Shown here one piece after another: positions 11,601-19,621 of a stretch of 47,075 bases of DNA. Every line of letters starts with the position of its first letter. The first letter of the stretch is position 1. Both the position numbers and the translations under genes were made by a program. Source of the DNA: Leptospiraceae bacterium. Lineage in GTDB: Bacteria > Spirochaetota > Leptospiria > Leptospirales > Leptonemataceae. Where the stretch lies: positions 1 through 47,075 of the forward strand of contig JAGRNE010000001.1 of the NCBI GenBank assembly GCA_020440915.1. Reading direction: 5' to 3'. The notes below the pieces were generated by a model. That model was not told the origin of the DNA. It ran no database searches and saw nothing but the letters and a program-made list of their open reading frames with translations.

Positions 11601-11909
11601 AAATGGATAACGGTTGGCTTCGGGCTCCAGGAAAAAGTCAAAAGGATTAATGGTGCGAAGCTCCACCACCATATCCACCTGGATCTTCAGTTCCCAGCTT
11701 CGTTCAGGAAAAACCAGTCTGGCCAAAAAATTGCCAGCAGGGTCCTGTTGCCAGTTAAGAAAGTGCTCCGGGCTTATTTTGAGGGAGTACGAATGTATGG
11801 CGGCCCGGGCATGAGGGGCGGGGCGCAGGCGAATGGAATGAGGATGTATCTGGACCGGGCGGTCAAAACGGTAATGGGTAAGATGATGAAGGGAAACCTT
11901 AATCGACAT
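8622..11909 (-). CDS. Large transglutaminase-like protein (Bact_transglu_N plus transglutaminase core plus DUF2126-like C-terminal region)
   Basis: 1095 aa. N-terminus LHHLTHYRFDRPV. Catalytic Cys GSCRDSAFLL, His DLHAWTEVY, Asp GLDATSG. The long C-terminal region is typical of the DUF2126 architecture. Confidence 0.85.
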   Translation of the reverse strand: MSIKVSLHHLTHYRFDRPVQIHPHSIRLRPAPHARAAIHSYSLKISPEHFLNWQQDPAGNFLARLVFPERSWELKIQVDMVVELRTINPFDFFLEPEANRYPFPYPADLEDDLSIYLRSDVTEPELLAWVQHIKKDIIRPELSTVDMLVAINQFVARRVSYIIRMEPGIQSCTETIDRGQGSCRDSAFLLMHILRHLGLASRFCSGYLIQLKADETPRKGPAGPEEDFTDLHAWTEVYLPGAGWIGLDATSGLLTGEGHIPLFAAAEPSRAAPVTGSTGICQSDLHFEMKIERIAESPRTTRPYSDSVFQRFQRIVPAVDRKLKELDLRLTMGGEPTFVSDEDLDGPEWNYQAMAPGGDKKKRDFAQRLRKRLVQNLALPAPLFLSGQGKWYPGEPLPRWAYFAHWRLDGEPLSALYSESLERKPATAGQAKELLESLANRLGLDRAFVQPLHEDPLEALRGQANLPEGARRIKDLESFEALERNRLLMLLEKDLAEPSAFVLPLAFDPQKSRWTSSLWKNRRSHLFLLPGDSPAGLRLPLSSLGDGFRSVYMEDPTEQSTRLPDPEHLIARDGNYTLKDDEGRWPLRVALVVEIREETLKIFLPPPSSTVSHLSLIAHLEKCLSESPARYEWEGHPPPAHPALTHFSITPDPGVIEANLQPSESLQEAADLTRKLYEAARAEGLITQKFLMDGRPAATGGGNHITLGARSTLESPFLRFPALLPALLVYWQKHPSLSYLFSGLFIGPTSQAPRVDEARMDTLYDLELALIELYKREDEKCPPYLIDRLLRNHLTDLTGNTHRAEFCIDKMYDPASLGGRRGLLELRGFEMPPHWKMSAVQQALIGAILCFVREKPPEPRLVRWGLDLRDRFMLPHYVREDLQRVLDDLKLEGFDFTMEMFEPFFEFRFPLYGETLYPGIRLELRMALEPWNVLGEEAHTGGTSRAVDSATERMQVILEGDAAGRYQVACNGALVPLRRHQNIQVAGIRFKAWNPASTLHPHIKPHNPLVFSVFDTYNERYVTGCTYHVSHPGGRAYDTLPVNALEAESRRISRFQAGEFGSSHGPAPKPVANPEFPCTLDLRLAIQSDREFSGP

Positions 11910-11911
11910 GT

Positions 11912-12844
11912 TTATACCGCGAAGTATCGTTCATTGATGGTCTCTCCTATGCGATTCAACCGTGTCTGTACCTTATCCAGATACTCATGCATTCCTTTGT
12001 CGAAAATTGCATCGATATCTGTGTAATTCAAATCAGAAAGCAGCATGCCGGTCCATCGCTCCGCTTCATTGGAAAATGAGGGGCCTGTATTTCCGCTGAT
12101 GGATCGAAGGTTTCGGTCCAGTTCTGAAATGCAGTAGATCAGCGCACGGGGGAAATCCCGGTTCAAGATAAGGAATTCCGCAATGTTTTTGGGCGTTACC
12201 TTCTGGTAAGAACGGTTGAACATTTCATGAGCGCTGGCGGACTTGAGCAGGGAAAGCCACTGAATCAAGTCCAGTGTGGTGCCAACATCCTGAATGCTGG
12301 GAAGCAAAATAAAGTATTTCATGTCCAGGATGCGAGTCGTCTTGTCCGCCCTCTCCAGGTATCGCCCGGTGAGAGCAAAGCGATGGACCTCGTCGTGGGA
12401 AAGCGTGGCATCCATGGTGCCGTAAAACAGCAGGCATGTCCGGCGAACCCTGGTGTAGAAGCGTTCCAGTTCCTCCAGATGCGATGTTTGCTGATTTTTT
12501 ACCTCCAGGTAGAGTTCATTGAGCACCTGCCACAGTTCGGTGCTAATATTTTCCCGGATGGTGCGAGCGTTCTCTCTAGCCCTGCGAATGCAAGAAAGAA
12601 TGGAGCTGGAGTTCTCCGCATCGAAAGTCATGAAATGAATGACATTTTCCCTGTTATACTCTCCGTATCGCTCTTCAAAGTCGGTGTTGTCGCCGGTAGT
12701 GGTTACCATAGGTCCCCATTGATTGGCGGTTTCCGGAGAGTCCAGAGAGAGCTGAAAGTTCACGTCCATGAAGCGGCAGTAGTTTTCTGCCCTTTCGATG
12801 TAGCGGTTCATCCAGTAGACGGAGTCTGCTACGCGGCTCAGCAT
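11912..12844 (-). CDS. Alpha-E domain protein (DUF403)
   Basis: 310 aa. Starts MLSRVADSVYWMNRYIERAENYCR, the hallmark of alpha-E proteins. 2 nt separate its stop (11912-11914) from the next gene's ATG (11909), and 1 nt separates its ATG (12844) from the upstream stop (12846-12848). Confidence 0.85.
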   Translation of the reverse strand: MLSRVADSVYWMNRYIERAENYCRFMDVNFQLSLDSPETANQWGPMVTTTGDNTDFEERYGEYNRENVIHFMTFDAENSSSILSCIRRARENARTIRENISTELWQVLNELYLEVKNQQTSHLEELERFYTRVRRTCLLFYGTMDATLSHDEVHRFALTGRYLERADKTTRILDMKYFILLPSIQDVGTTLDLIQWLSLLKSASAHEMFNRSYQKVTPKNIAEFLILNRDFPRALIYCISELDRNLRSISGNTGPSFSNEAERWTGMLLSDLNYTDIDAIFDKGMHEYLDKVQTRLNRIGETINERYFAV

Positions 12845-12845
12845 A

Positions 12846-14270
12846 TCAGGACCCCATCACCCAGGTATCCTTGGTTCCTCCTCCCTGAGAAGAGTTCACC
12901 ACCAGCGAATCCCGGGGCAGCGCCACCCTGGTCAATCCGCCGGGCATAACATAGATGTCGTCGGAGAAAAGTATAAATGGTCGCAAGTCCACGTGCCGGC
13001 CTTCTATGCCATCGTCTGTTACCGTGGGTACCCGCGAAAGGCTCATCACTGGCTGCGCGATGAAGTCCCGAGGCGCATGGCGCACTTTTTCTCGAAACTC
13101 CTGGACCTGTTTCTTTGAGGCGCTGGGGCCGATGAGCATACCGTAGCCGCCGGCTCCATTCGCTTCCTTCACCACCAGTTCTTCCATGTTCTCCAGGACA
13201 TACTTCAGATCGCTAGGCCGAGAGCAAAGATAGGTGTCGACGTTCGGGATGATGGGCTCTTCGTCCAGATAGAAGCGGATCATATCCGGAACAAAGGTAT
13301 AGATTACTTTGTCGTCCGCGACCCCGGTTCCCGGGGCATTGAGCAGGGCCACATTCCCTTTCCGATAGGCTTCAAAAAGACCTGGAACGCCCAGAACGGA
13401 ATCCGGGAGAAAGGCTTCCGGATCCAGGAAAGCGTCGTCAATACGCCGGTAGATTACATCTACTGGCTGTAGTCCGCGGGTGGTGCGCATGTATACCCGA
13501 TCATCATGAACCACAAGATCCGTGCCGCCCACCAGGGGAAGCCCCATCTTCTGAGCCAGAAAGGAGTGCTCGTAATAGGCCGAATTGTAGATACCTGGCG
13601 TAAGCACGACGCAGGAAGGGGCAGGGGCATCGCTGAGGTACTCCATGGTGCCTCGCAGACGGATAGGGTAATCGTAGATGCTGCGAATCCTGTGGCTGCG
13701 AAAGAGCTCGGGAAAAGTGCGCTTCATTACTTCCCGGTTCTCCAGAACATAGGAGACGCCTGAGGGGCAGCGAAGATTGTCTTCCAGGACGCGAAATGTG
13801 CCTTCAGAGTCGCGGATCAAATCCGTGCCGCTAACGTGAATCCAGATATCCCGGGGTGGGGCAAAACCTACCATCTGTTTGAGATAGTTGGGGCTGGAGT
13901 ATACCACTTCCGGATCGACTATCTTCTCTTTCAGTATTCTGGCCGGACCATACACATCTTTGAGGAATTCGTTCAGCGCTCTTGCTCGCTGCTGCAGTCC
14001 TTTTTCCAGAGGAGCCCAGTCCCCTGGAGTAATAACCCGTGGAATAATATCGAAAGGGATGATCCTTTCTTCGGCCCTGGCATCGCCATAAACGCTAAAC
14101 GTAATTCCCATGGAGATCAGGGCATGCTCGGCCTCATCTCTTCTATGAAGTAATTCAGTATCGGTCATGGATTCGATCTGTGTCCGCAACGGGCCGTACC
14201 CGGGCCGGGCTTCGCCATCGGCAGCGAACATTTCATCGAAGAAGACCCCTGTGCTGTAGTTCTTTAGCAT
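12846..14270 (-). CDS. Circularly permuted ATP-grasp protein (DUF404/DUF407 type)
   Basis: Strong family-like sequence from MLKNYSTGVFFDEMF... I chose the start at ATG 14270 (474 aa, GGA-rich stretch upstream). The ORF is open in frame up to 14393, but that extension is a basic low-complexity stretch. Confidence 0.85.
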   Translation of the reverse strand: MLKNYSTGVFFDEMFAADGEARPGYGPLRTQIESMTDTELLHRRDEAEHALISMGITFSVYGDARAEERIIPFDIIPRVITPGDWAPLEKGLQQRARALNEFLKDVYGPARILKEKIVDPEVVYSSPNYLKQMVGFAPPRDIWIHVSGTDLIRDSEGTFRVLEDNLRCPSGVSYVLENREVMKRTFPELFRSHRIRSIYDYPIRLRGTMEYLSDAPAPSCVVLTPGIYNSAYYEHSFLAQKMGLPLVGGTDLVVHDDRVYMRTTRGLQPVDVIYRRIDDAFLDPEAFLPDSVLGVPGLFEAYRKGNVALLNAPGTGVADDKVIYTFVPDMIRFYLDEEPIIPNVDTYLCSRPSDLKYVLENMEELVVKEANGAGGYGMLIGPSASKKQVQEFREKVRHAPRDFIAQPVMSLSRVPTVTDDGIEGRHVDLRPFILFSDDIYVMPGGLTRVALPRDSLVVNSSQGGGTKDTWVMGS

Positions 14271-14580
14271 CCTGCTTCCAATCCTTGACTTAATCCCATT
14301 CCCGATCATTGCAAGGGAAATTCTACGCGAAATTCGCTGAGCTTTACCCCGGACCTGATAGAATAGGCGTCGTTTTGCTATGTTTTTATGCATTCTCGGC
14401 CTGGGCCGACCTGCATAGCTTCATTTGCAATTTGCGTACCCCGCAGGCGGGCGGGCCCGGGCCTGGTTTTCCAAGAGGCGGGGCCCCGGCCACCTCGCAT
14501 CCGGGTCCAGAGGGCCTGCTTTCTCCGATGTTTGGCCCAATCTGCGGGGGCGAAAGGCTCTGCCTTGCCTCCGACGAAGC

Positions 14581-14605
14581 AATCTGCCTGCCAGGCAGGC
14601 AGATT
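14581..14605. promoter_or_regulatory. Perfect 12-bp-arm inverted repeat (candidate operator or RNA hairpin) in the divergent control region
   Basis: AATCTGCCTGCC-A-GGCAGGCAGATT read directly from the sequence. It ends 47 nt upstream of the M3 peptidase ATG (14653). No T-run follows on either strand. Confidence 0.35.
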
Positions 14606-14652
14606 TCAAAAGAGGTTGCCTGGTGTCCTGCCCGGAGACTTTATTGAAGCGT

Positions 14653-16755
14653 ATGACCAACAAAGAGAAAGCCCCTTCTTCCCCGTCCACTGCGTCTTCG
14701 AAGCCCAATCCGCTGATCCAGCGCATTTGCGGGCCTAACGACACCATCCCCTTTGAACAGATCCAGCCCGAGGATTTTCTTCCCGCTCTGGCGCACTTCA
14801 AGCAGGTGGCGGAGCAAAATGTGCAATCTATTGTTGCGAATGCTGATCCGGATTTTGTGAGCACCATCCAGGCCCTGGAGACTTCTGCAGAGGAGCTCAA
14901 CTATGTCGCTTCTGTCTATTATGTGCTCTTTAGCGCGCATGCTACGGAAGGCATTCAAAAAATTGCCGGCGAGGTTTCCACTTTTCTGGCCGGCTTTTCC
15001 AGCGACATTACGCTGAACAAAGAGCTCTTTGAAAAGGTTCGCGCGGTCCATGAAAGTAAGAAAGGAGTGGAGAACTCGGAACAGCAAAGACTGCTGGACG
15101 AAACCTATCTGGACTTTGTGCGAAACGGCGCTTCGTTGCAAGGCGCTGATCGAGAAGCCCTTCGCGAAATTGATCAAAAGCTGGCGGCCCTGGCTCCTAA
15201 ATTCTCCGAGCACTTGCTCAAGGCTACCAATCACTTCAAACTACACATAACAAACCGGGAAGATCTGCTAGGATTGCCGGACATGGTGATGGAGCAGGGA
15301 GCGGCCACGGCTGCTGCCGAAGGCAAGGAGGGTTGGGTATTTACTCTTCAGTACCCGGACTTCATGCCCTTTATGACCTATGCAGAGAATGCCGAACTGC
15401 GCAAGAAAATGTATCTGGCCTTTCGAAGTCGAGGGATGGGCGAAGCAGCCGCCGCCTATGGACAGCCGGCGGATACCGATAATCAACCGGTGGTTCTGGA
15501 AATCCTGAGGCTGCGCGAAGAGCGTGCTCGACTGCTGGGGTTTGAAAACCATGCCTGCTACATCCTGGAAAAGCGGATGGCCCGTAGCCCGGAAAATGTT
15601 CAGTCTTTCCTGGATCGTCTGGTAGAAGTGAGTCTGCCGGCGGCCAGAAAAGAGCAGCAGGAGTTGAGCGATTTCGCCAAGGAGCTGGGCTACGATTCGG
15701 TGCAACCCTACGACATCCGCTTTTTGGCCGAGAAGTTGAAGCAGAAGATCCATAAATTCGATTCGGAAGAGTTGCGTCCGTACTTTCCTCTGGATCGCGT
15801 CATGAAGGGGCTCTTTGGTACAGCCGAAAAACTCTACGGTTTGTCCTTCAAGAAGTTGGAGGGGATAGAAGTCTATCATCCGGAAGTCGAGGTCTATTCC
15901 GTGAGCGATTCGTCCGGAGCGGACGTGGGCCTATTCTATGTAGATCTGTTTCCCCGGGATACCAAGAAAAGCGGCGCATGGATGACCTCCTTTCGCGAGC
16001 AAGGGCTCTTCCGCGGCGAAGTGCGGCGCCCTCACATTGGCATCGTCTGTAACTTTACGCGGCCTGGAAAGGACAGGCCATCGTTACTCTCCTATGATGA
16101 AGTGCGGACGCTTTTTCATGAATTTGGACACGCTTTGCACGGCCTGCTTTCCCGCTGCACTTTCAGCAGTCTGGCAGGAACCAATGTGTACTGGGACTTT
16201 GTAGAGTTGCCTTCGCAGTTTATGGAAAACTGGGTGCGAAAGAAGGAAGGCCTGGATCTCTTTGCCGCCCATTATCAGACGGGAGAAAAGATACCTGCGG
16301 ATCTGGTCGAAAAGATGCAGGCTGCTGAAACATTCCGTGCAGGCTGGAACTTCATGACTCAATTGAACTATGCCACTCTGGATATGAAGTTTCACACAAC
16401 TCCGGCCGCCGAAATCCAGGATGTGGAAGAATTTGAGCGAAAGGCCACCGAAAGGACAAATCTGGTGGAGGATCTGCCCAATACCTGCTTTGCCACCGGC
16501 TTTGGTCATATCTTTGCCGGCGGGTATTCAGCGGGCTACTATTCCTACAAGTGGGCGGAGATCCTGGAAGCGGACGCTTTTGAGCTCTTTGAAGAGAAAG
16601 GCCTTTTTGATTCGGACAGCGCCAGCCGCTTTCGCGGCTTTATCCTGGAAAAAGGGAACACCGAGGATCCATCCGTACTTTATCGCAACTTTCGAGGGCG
16701 TGATCCGGATCCGGATGCTCTGTTGCGACGCGAAGGTTTGCTGAAGTCGGCCTGA
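14653..16755 (+). CDS. M3-family zinc metallopeptidase (peptidyl-dipeptidase Dcp / oligopeptidase A type)
   Basis: HEFGHALH zinc motif and family-typical length (700 aa from ATG 14653). The N-terminus NPLIQ...PFEQIQPEDFLPAL resembles Dcp/PrlC. The upstream 76 codons of the ORF are Arg/Gly-rich intergenic read-through. Confidence 0.9.
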   Translation: MTNKEKAPSSPSTASSKPNPLIQRICGPNDTIPFEQIQPEDFLPALAHFKQVAEQNVQSIVANADPDFVSTIQALETSAEELNYVASVYYVLFSAHATEGIQKIAGEVSTFLAGFSSDITLNKELFEKVRAVHESKKGVENSEQQRLLDETYLDFVRNGASLQGADREALREIDQKLAALAPKFSEHLLKATNHFKLHITNREDLLGLPDMVMEQGAATAAAEGKEGWVFTLQYPDFMPFMTYAENAELRKKMYLAFRSRGMGEAAAAYGQPADTDNQPVVLEILRLREERARLLGFENHACYILEKRMARSPENVQSFLDRLVEVSLPAARKEQQELSDFAKELGYDSVQPYDIRFLAEKLKQKIHKFDSEELRPYFPLDRVMKGLFGTAEKLYGLSFKKLEGIEVYHPEVEVYSVSDSSGADVGLFYVDLFPRDTKKSGAWMTSFREQGLFRGEVRRPHIGIVCNFTRPGKDRPSLLSYDEVRTLFHEFGHALHGLLSRCTFSSLAGTNVYWDFVELPSQFMENWVRKKEGLDLFAAHYQTGEKIPADLVEKMQAAETFRAGWNFMTQLNYATLDMKFHTTPAAEIQDVEEFERKATERTNLVEDLPNTCFATGFGHIFAGGYSAGYYSYKWAEILEADAFELFEEKGLFDSDSASRFRGFILEKGNTEDPSVLYRNFRGRDPDPDALLRREGLLKSA

Positions 16756-16768
16756 AAATTCTGAGAAT

Positions 16769-16784
16769 GGCCCGTTTTCGGGCC
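16769..16784. terminator. Short GC hairpin between convergent genes (weak terminator candidate)
   Basis: GGCCCG-TTTT-CGGGCC, with no flanking T tract. Confidence 0.25.
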
Positions 16785-16817
16785 GTCCCGGGATACAGCG
16801 TGCTTAAGCGTCAGAGC

Positions 16818-17255
16818 TCAGGGCATATCTGTGCAGTCGCCTGAAAACGGTGCGCTCTCCCAGAGGCCATCCGCATCGCTGTGGATATCGTTCCAGGAGA
16901 GTTCTTCGGTCTCGTCGATGGCTCTTTCAAAAGGCCTGTATTCTTTGTAAACGCATACCGAGCCGCAGAATTGCGGAGCTCCCACAGGCTCGCCTCCTTT
17001 CTCTTTGGTCCACCGGATGCGAATGGTATCCCCGTCTATATTCCATGCGCCAAAACGAACATGAGGGCTCAGTTCAGAGATTCTGTATTGCACCCGGACC
17101 TGCCCGTTGGAACAGAAAGCGAATGCATCCTCACTACTTGCCACTGTGCGAACCAGAATATGTCCGGCAGGCGGAGCAGAGGTCTCCTTCTTGGCGGATG
17201 CGCAGCCAGGCACAAAGATTACAGAAAGCAGCGATAGCCAGAGCGCTCGATTCAT
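16818..17255 (-). CDS. Hypothetical lipoprotein
   Basis: Signal peptide with lipobox-like MNRALWLSLLSVIFVPGC. 145 aa. I recognise no family. Confidence 0.65.
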   Translation of the reverse strand: MNRALWLSLLSVIFVPGCASAKKETSAPPAGHILVRTVASSEDAFAFCSNGQVRVQYRISELSPHVRFGAWNIDGDTIRIRWTKEKGGEPVGAPQFCGSVCVYKEYRPFERAIDETEELSWNDIHSDADGLWESAPFSGDCTDMP

Positions 17256-17365
17256 GGATGCAGGCTAGACTTCTAGTGCCTGGCGGCAACCAGAATTCCG
17301 ATGGGGTAGCATTGCGCAGCACTTAAAGCGGATTCGGGCGTACCTGCAAAACGCGCTGCGCTTTG

Positions 17366-17450
17366 GGCAGACAGTAGGTCTGCCAGGCGCGTAGCGCCGG
17401 AGCAATTCTGACGGGAGAAGCGATACAGGAGGTATCGTTTCGAGCGTGCC
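17366..17450 (-). repeat. Structured intergenic repeat, copy A (inverted relative to the copies at 32355 and 32461)
   Basis: The reverse complement of 17411-17450 (GGCACGCTCGAAACGATACCTCCTGTATCGCTTCTCCCGT) matches 32355-32394 at 37/40 positions. It contains three hairpins: 17417-17441, 17386-17398 and 17366-17384. It starts within the stop codon of the gene at 17450. Confidence 0.7.
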
Positions 17451-18394
17451 TATATATGTATACCGTTGACGGCGTCGGAAATCCGGCCGTTTACTTTGAT
17501 GATGAAGTAATTGGTGTAGTTGGTAATATCTTTGCGGAACTTGGTGACGTATCGCACGGCACGGGTAAGGTCCAGTTCAAATAGTCGTGATTCCATTTCG
17601 CGCAGAGATTCTTCCATCTCAATAAGGATATGCTTGAGATCCCGGAATTTCTGATTGGCTTCGATCAGAGCTGGCTTTTCCAGGCTCTGAGTGGAGATAT
17701 CCACGGGAAAGGATGAAAGTATATCTTCGCTGGCTTCGGCGAATTCGCCGGATATCTCTTCTATTTCCTTGAGGTATTCGGATTCCAGTTCGCTATGGTA
17801 CTCTTGAAGAGTGTACTGATGAACTCGATCTCGCATTTTGTAGAACTGGCCAATAATGGAGCCTCGAATCAATTTGAGGCCAAAGTGCTCTCTGCGCAGG
17901 GTCTTCAGAGAAAAGAAGTCGCGACCCAGATAGATCTTATCTTTATAGTTTTCCGGGAGGTCGGAGGCCGAAATGGTGTAGAGCTTTACTTCGTATCTCT
18001 GATCTTCGCCTTCCACCGGAACAAAGCGGGAAATCAGAACATGGCCGTTGGAAGCAATGTAATAGGAGTTGGTCTCCAGAAGGGCGGAGTACAGGCTCAA
18101 ATCGTAGAGCAGGTACCATTTCAGCTTATCCAGGGTTTCCGTTCCGGATGCAAGAAGCTCCTCCAGCCTTTCCAGTTCTTCTGAACCAGCAGGCCCGGTA
18201 GTCATGTAGCTCAGGTCCGGAGTGACCAGGACCCGGCATTGTTCCAGGAAGAATTCCAGATACAGATTCTCGAGTACGCTCTTCTGAAAGGAGTCCAGCT
18301 CGAAGTGCGGGACCCGAATCATCTCTACCCTGGTGATGTCTTCCAATGCTTGCATAGGTTTCTGTTCTTTAGAGCCTGCCAATCCTACGGTCAA
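17450..18394 (-). CDS. Hypothetical protein encoded directly downstream of queA
   Basis: 314-aa ORF from TTG 18394 (4-nt overlap with the queA stop), or 301 aa from ATG 18355. Acidic, helix-rich C-terminal half. I recognise no family. Confidence 0.6.
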   Translation of the reverse strand: MTVGLAGSKEQKPMQALEDITRVEMIRVPHFELDSFQKSVLENLYLEFFLEQCRVLVTPDLSYMTTGPAGSEELERLEELLASGTETLDKLKWYLLYDLSLYSALLETNSYYIASNGHVLISRFVPVEGEDQRYEVKLYTISASDLPENYKDKIYLGRDFFSLKTLRREHFGLKLIRGSIIGQFYKMRDRVHQYTLQEYHSELESEYLKEIEEISGEFAEASEDILSSFPVDISTQSLEKPALIEANQKFRDLKHILIEMEESLREMESRLFELDLTRAVRYVTKFRKDITNYTNYFIIKVNGRISDAVNGIHI

Positions 18395-19524
18395 GCAAAT
18401 ACCAGCATCGCATCTCCGTAGCTGTAGAATCTATATTCTTTCTCAATGGCTGTTCTGTAAGCTTCCAGAATCCGCTGTTTTCCTGCAAAAGCGGCTACGA
18501 GCAGAAGCAGGCTGGAGCCAGGTAGATGGAAATTCGTTATCAATCCCTGGATGGATTGTATGGTATCTGGCGGATGATAAAAGGCGCTGGTTTCAAAATG
18601 ACCGGACTGGAATTTTCCGAATTGTCGAATATTGCTTTCCAGAGCGCGCAATGTGGTTGTGCCGATGGCGATGACTCGGCCATCCTTTCTGTTTAGCAGC
18701 TCAGCGGTTTCTTCTGGCAGTGCAAACCTTTCTCTATGTAATTCCTTTCGCCTGAGATTCTCTTCCTGTAGAGGCGAAAAGGTTCCCAATCCGACGGCCA
18801 GCTGAACCGAACAAATGCGAATCCCTTTATTCTTGAGTTTTTCAATTAGCTCTGCGGTAAAGTGAAGGCCTGCCGTAGGGGCTGCTGCGCTGCTATACTC
18901 CAGGGAACCGCGGCTTTTTGCGGCCGCATAGACTGTCTGGTATCGCAATCGATCCAGGCCTTCTTCTTCTCTTCCCAGGTATGGAGGGATGGGCATCTCT
19001 CCATGTTCCAGAAAGAAGTTATGCATGTTCAATCCATCCGGAGCAATCAGATAGAAGTCTTCATTGCTGCCGGATTCGCTGGTTGTCTTTTTACGGATGA
19101 AGCGAAACTCCACCCCGCTGGGAGAATGAATCAAGAATTCTCCAGAGCGGGCTTTTGCGTTTCGAATCAAACAACTCCAGGCTTCATTGCTCCGGGTTCT
19201 TGCTATGGAGTGGGGCCCATGCTCTGCAGAATTCGGTTCGCCGGAAATGGATTCCGGCTCCAGAAATAGCGCTTCCATTTTTGCTCCCGTCTTCCTTTCC
19301 AGGCGCACTCTTCGGGGTTCTACCATTGTGTCGTTCCACACCAGGATGTCAGAAGGTTCCAGCAGTTCCGGCAGTTCAAAGAACTGGCGGTGTTCGGGCA
19401 AGTCTGCTCCGGCCGGTAGCGCCAGCAGCCTGGACTTATCTCGGAACTGTGCCGGATATCGGGCGATGAGCCGGTCGGGAAGGGGAAAACCGTATTCTTG
19501 CTCTATGTCGGAAAGTCGGGGCAT
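18391..19524 (-). CDS. queA: S-adenosylmethionine:tRNA ribosyltransferase-isomerase
   Basis: N-terminus LPDRLIARYP...RDKSRLL. Motifs IPPYLGRE, RYQTVYA, AAPTAGLHFT, GTTTLRALES and LITNFHLPGSSLLLLVAAF. Confidence 0.92.
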   Translation of the reverse strand: MPRLSDIEQEYGFPLPDRLIARYPAQFRDKSRLLALPAGADLPEHRQFFELPELLEPSDILVWNDTMVEPRRVRLERKTGAKMEALFLEPESISGEPNSAEHGPHSIARTRSNEAWSCLIRNAKARSGEFLIHSPSGVEFRFIRKKTTSESGSNEDFYLIAPDGLNMHNFFLEHGEMPIPPYLGREEEGLDRLRYQTVYAAAKSRGSLEYSSAAAPTAGLHFTAELIEKLKNKGIRICSVQLAVGLGTFSPLQEENLRRKELHRERFALPEETAELLNRKDGRVIAIGTTTLRALESNIRQFGKFQSGHFETSAFYHPPDTIQSIQGLITNFHLPGSSLLLLVAAFAGKQRILEAYRTAIEKEYRFYSYGDAMLVFA

Positions 19525-19621
19525 GTTAAATTGGTTTTGCCTGCACGGCGGCTTTCATGGCATGGTACACTGCAGACCAGAGAAACAGCTTTGCCTCCAG
19601 GGTGAAGCGATTCCCGGAGGA

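Noticed and set aside
14271-14393. N-terminal ORF-track extensions: 14271-14393 (ATP-grasp), 14425-14652 (M3 peptidase), 19187-19621 (GT87-like), 26529-26600 (receptor), 29563-29700 (hydrolase), 29807-30034 (membrane protein), 32412-32630 (alr), 44951-45133 (maf), 46089-46130 (desaturase).
   Set aside because: The extensions overlap neighbouring genes or repeat/intergenic sequence and encode basic or Pro-rich junk. The family-typical N-termini or signal peptides begin at the internal ATGs I chose. The starts remain unverified experimentally.
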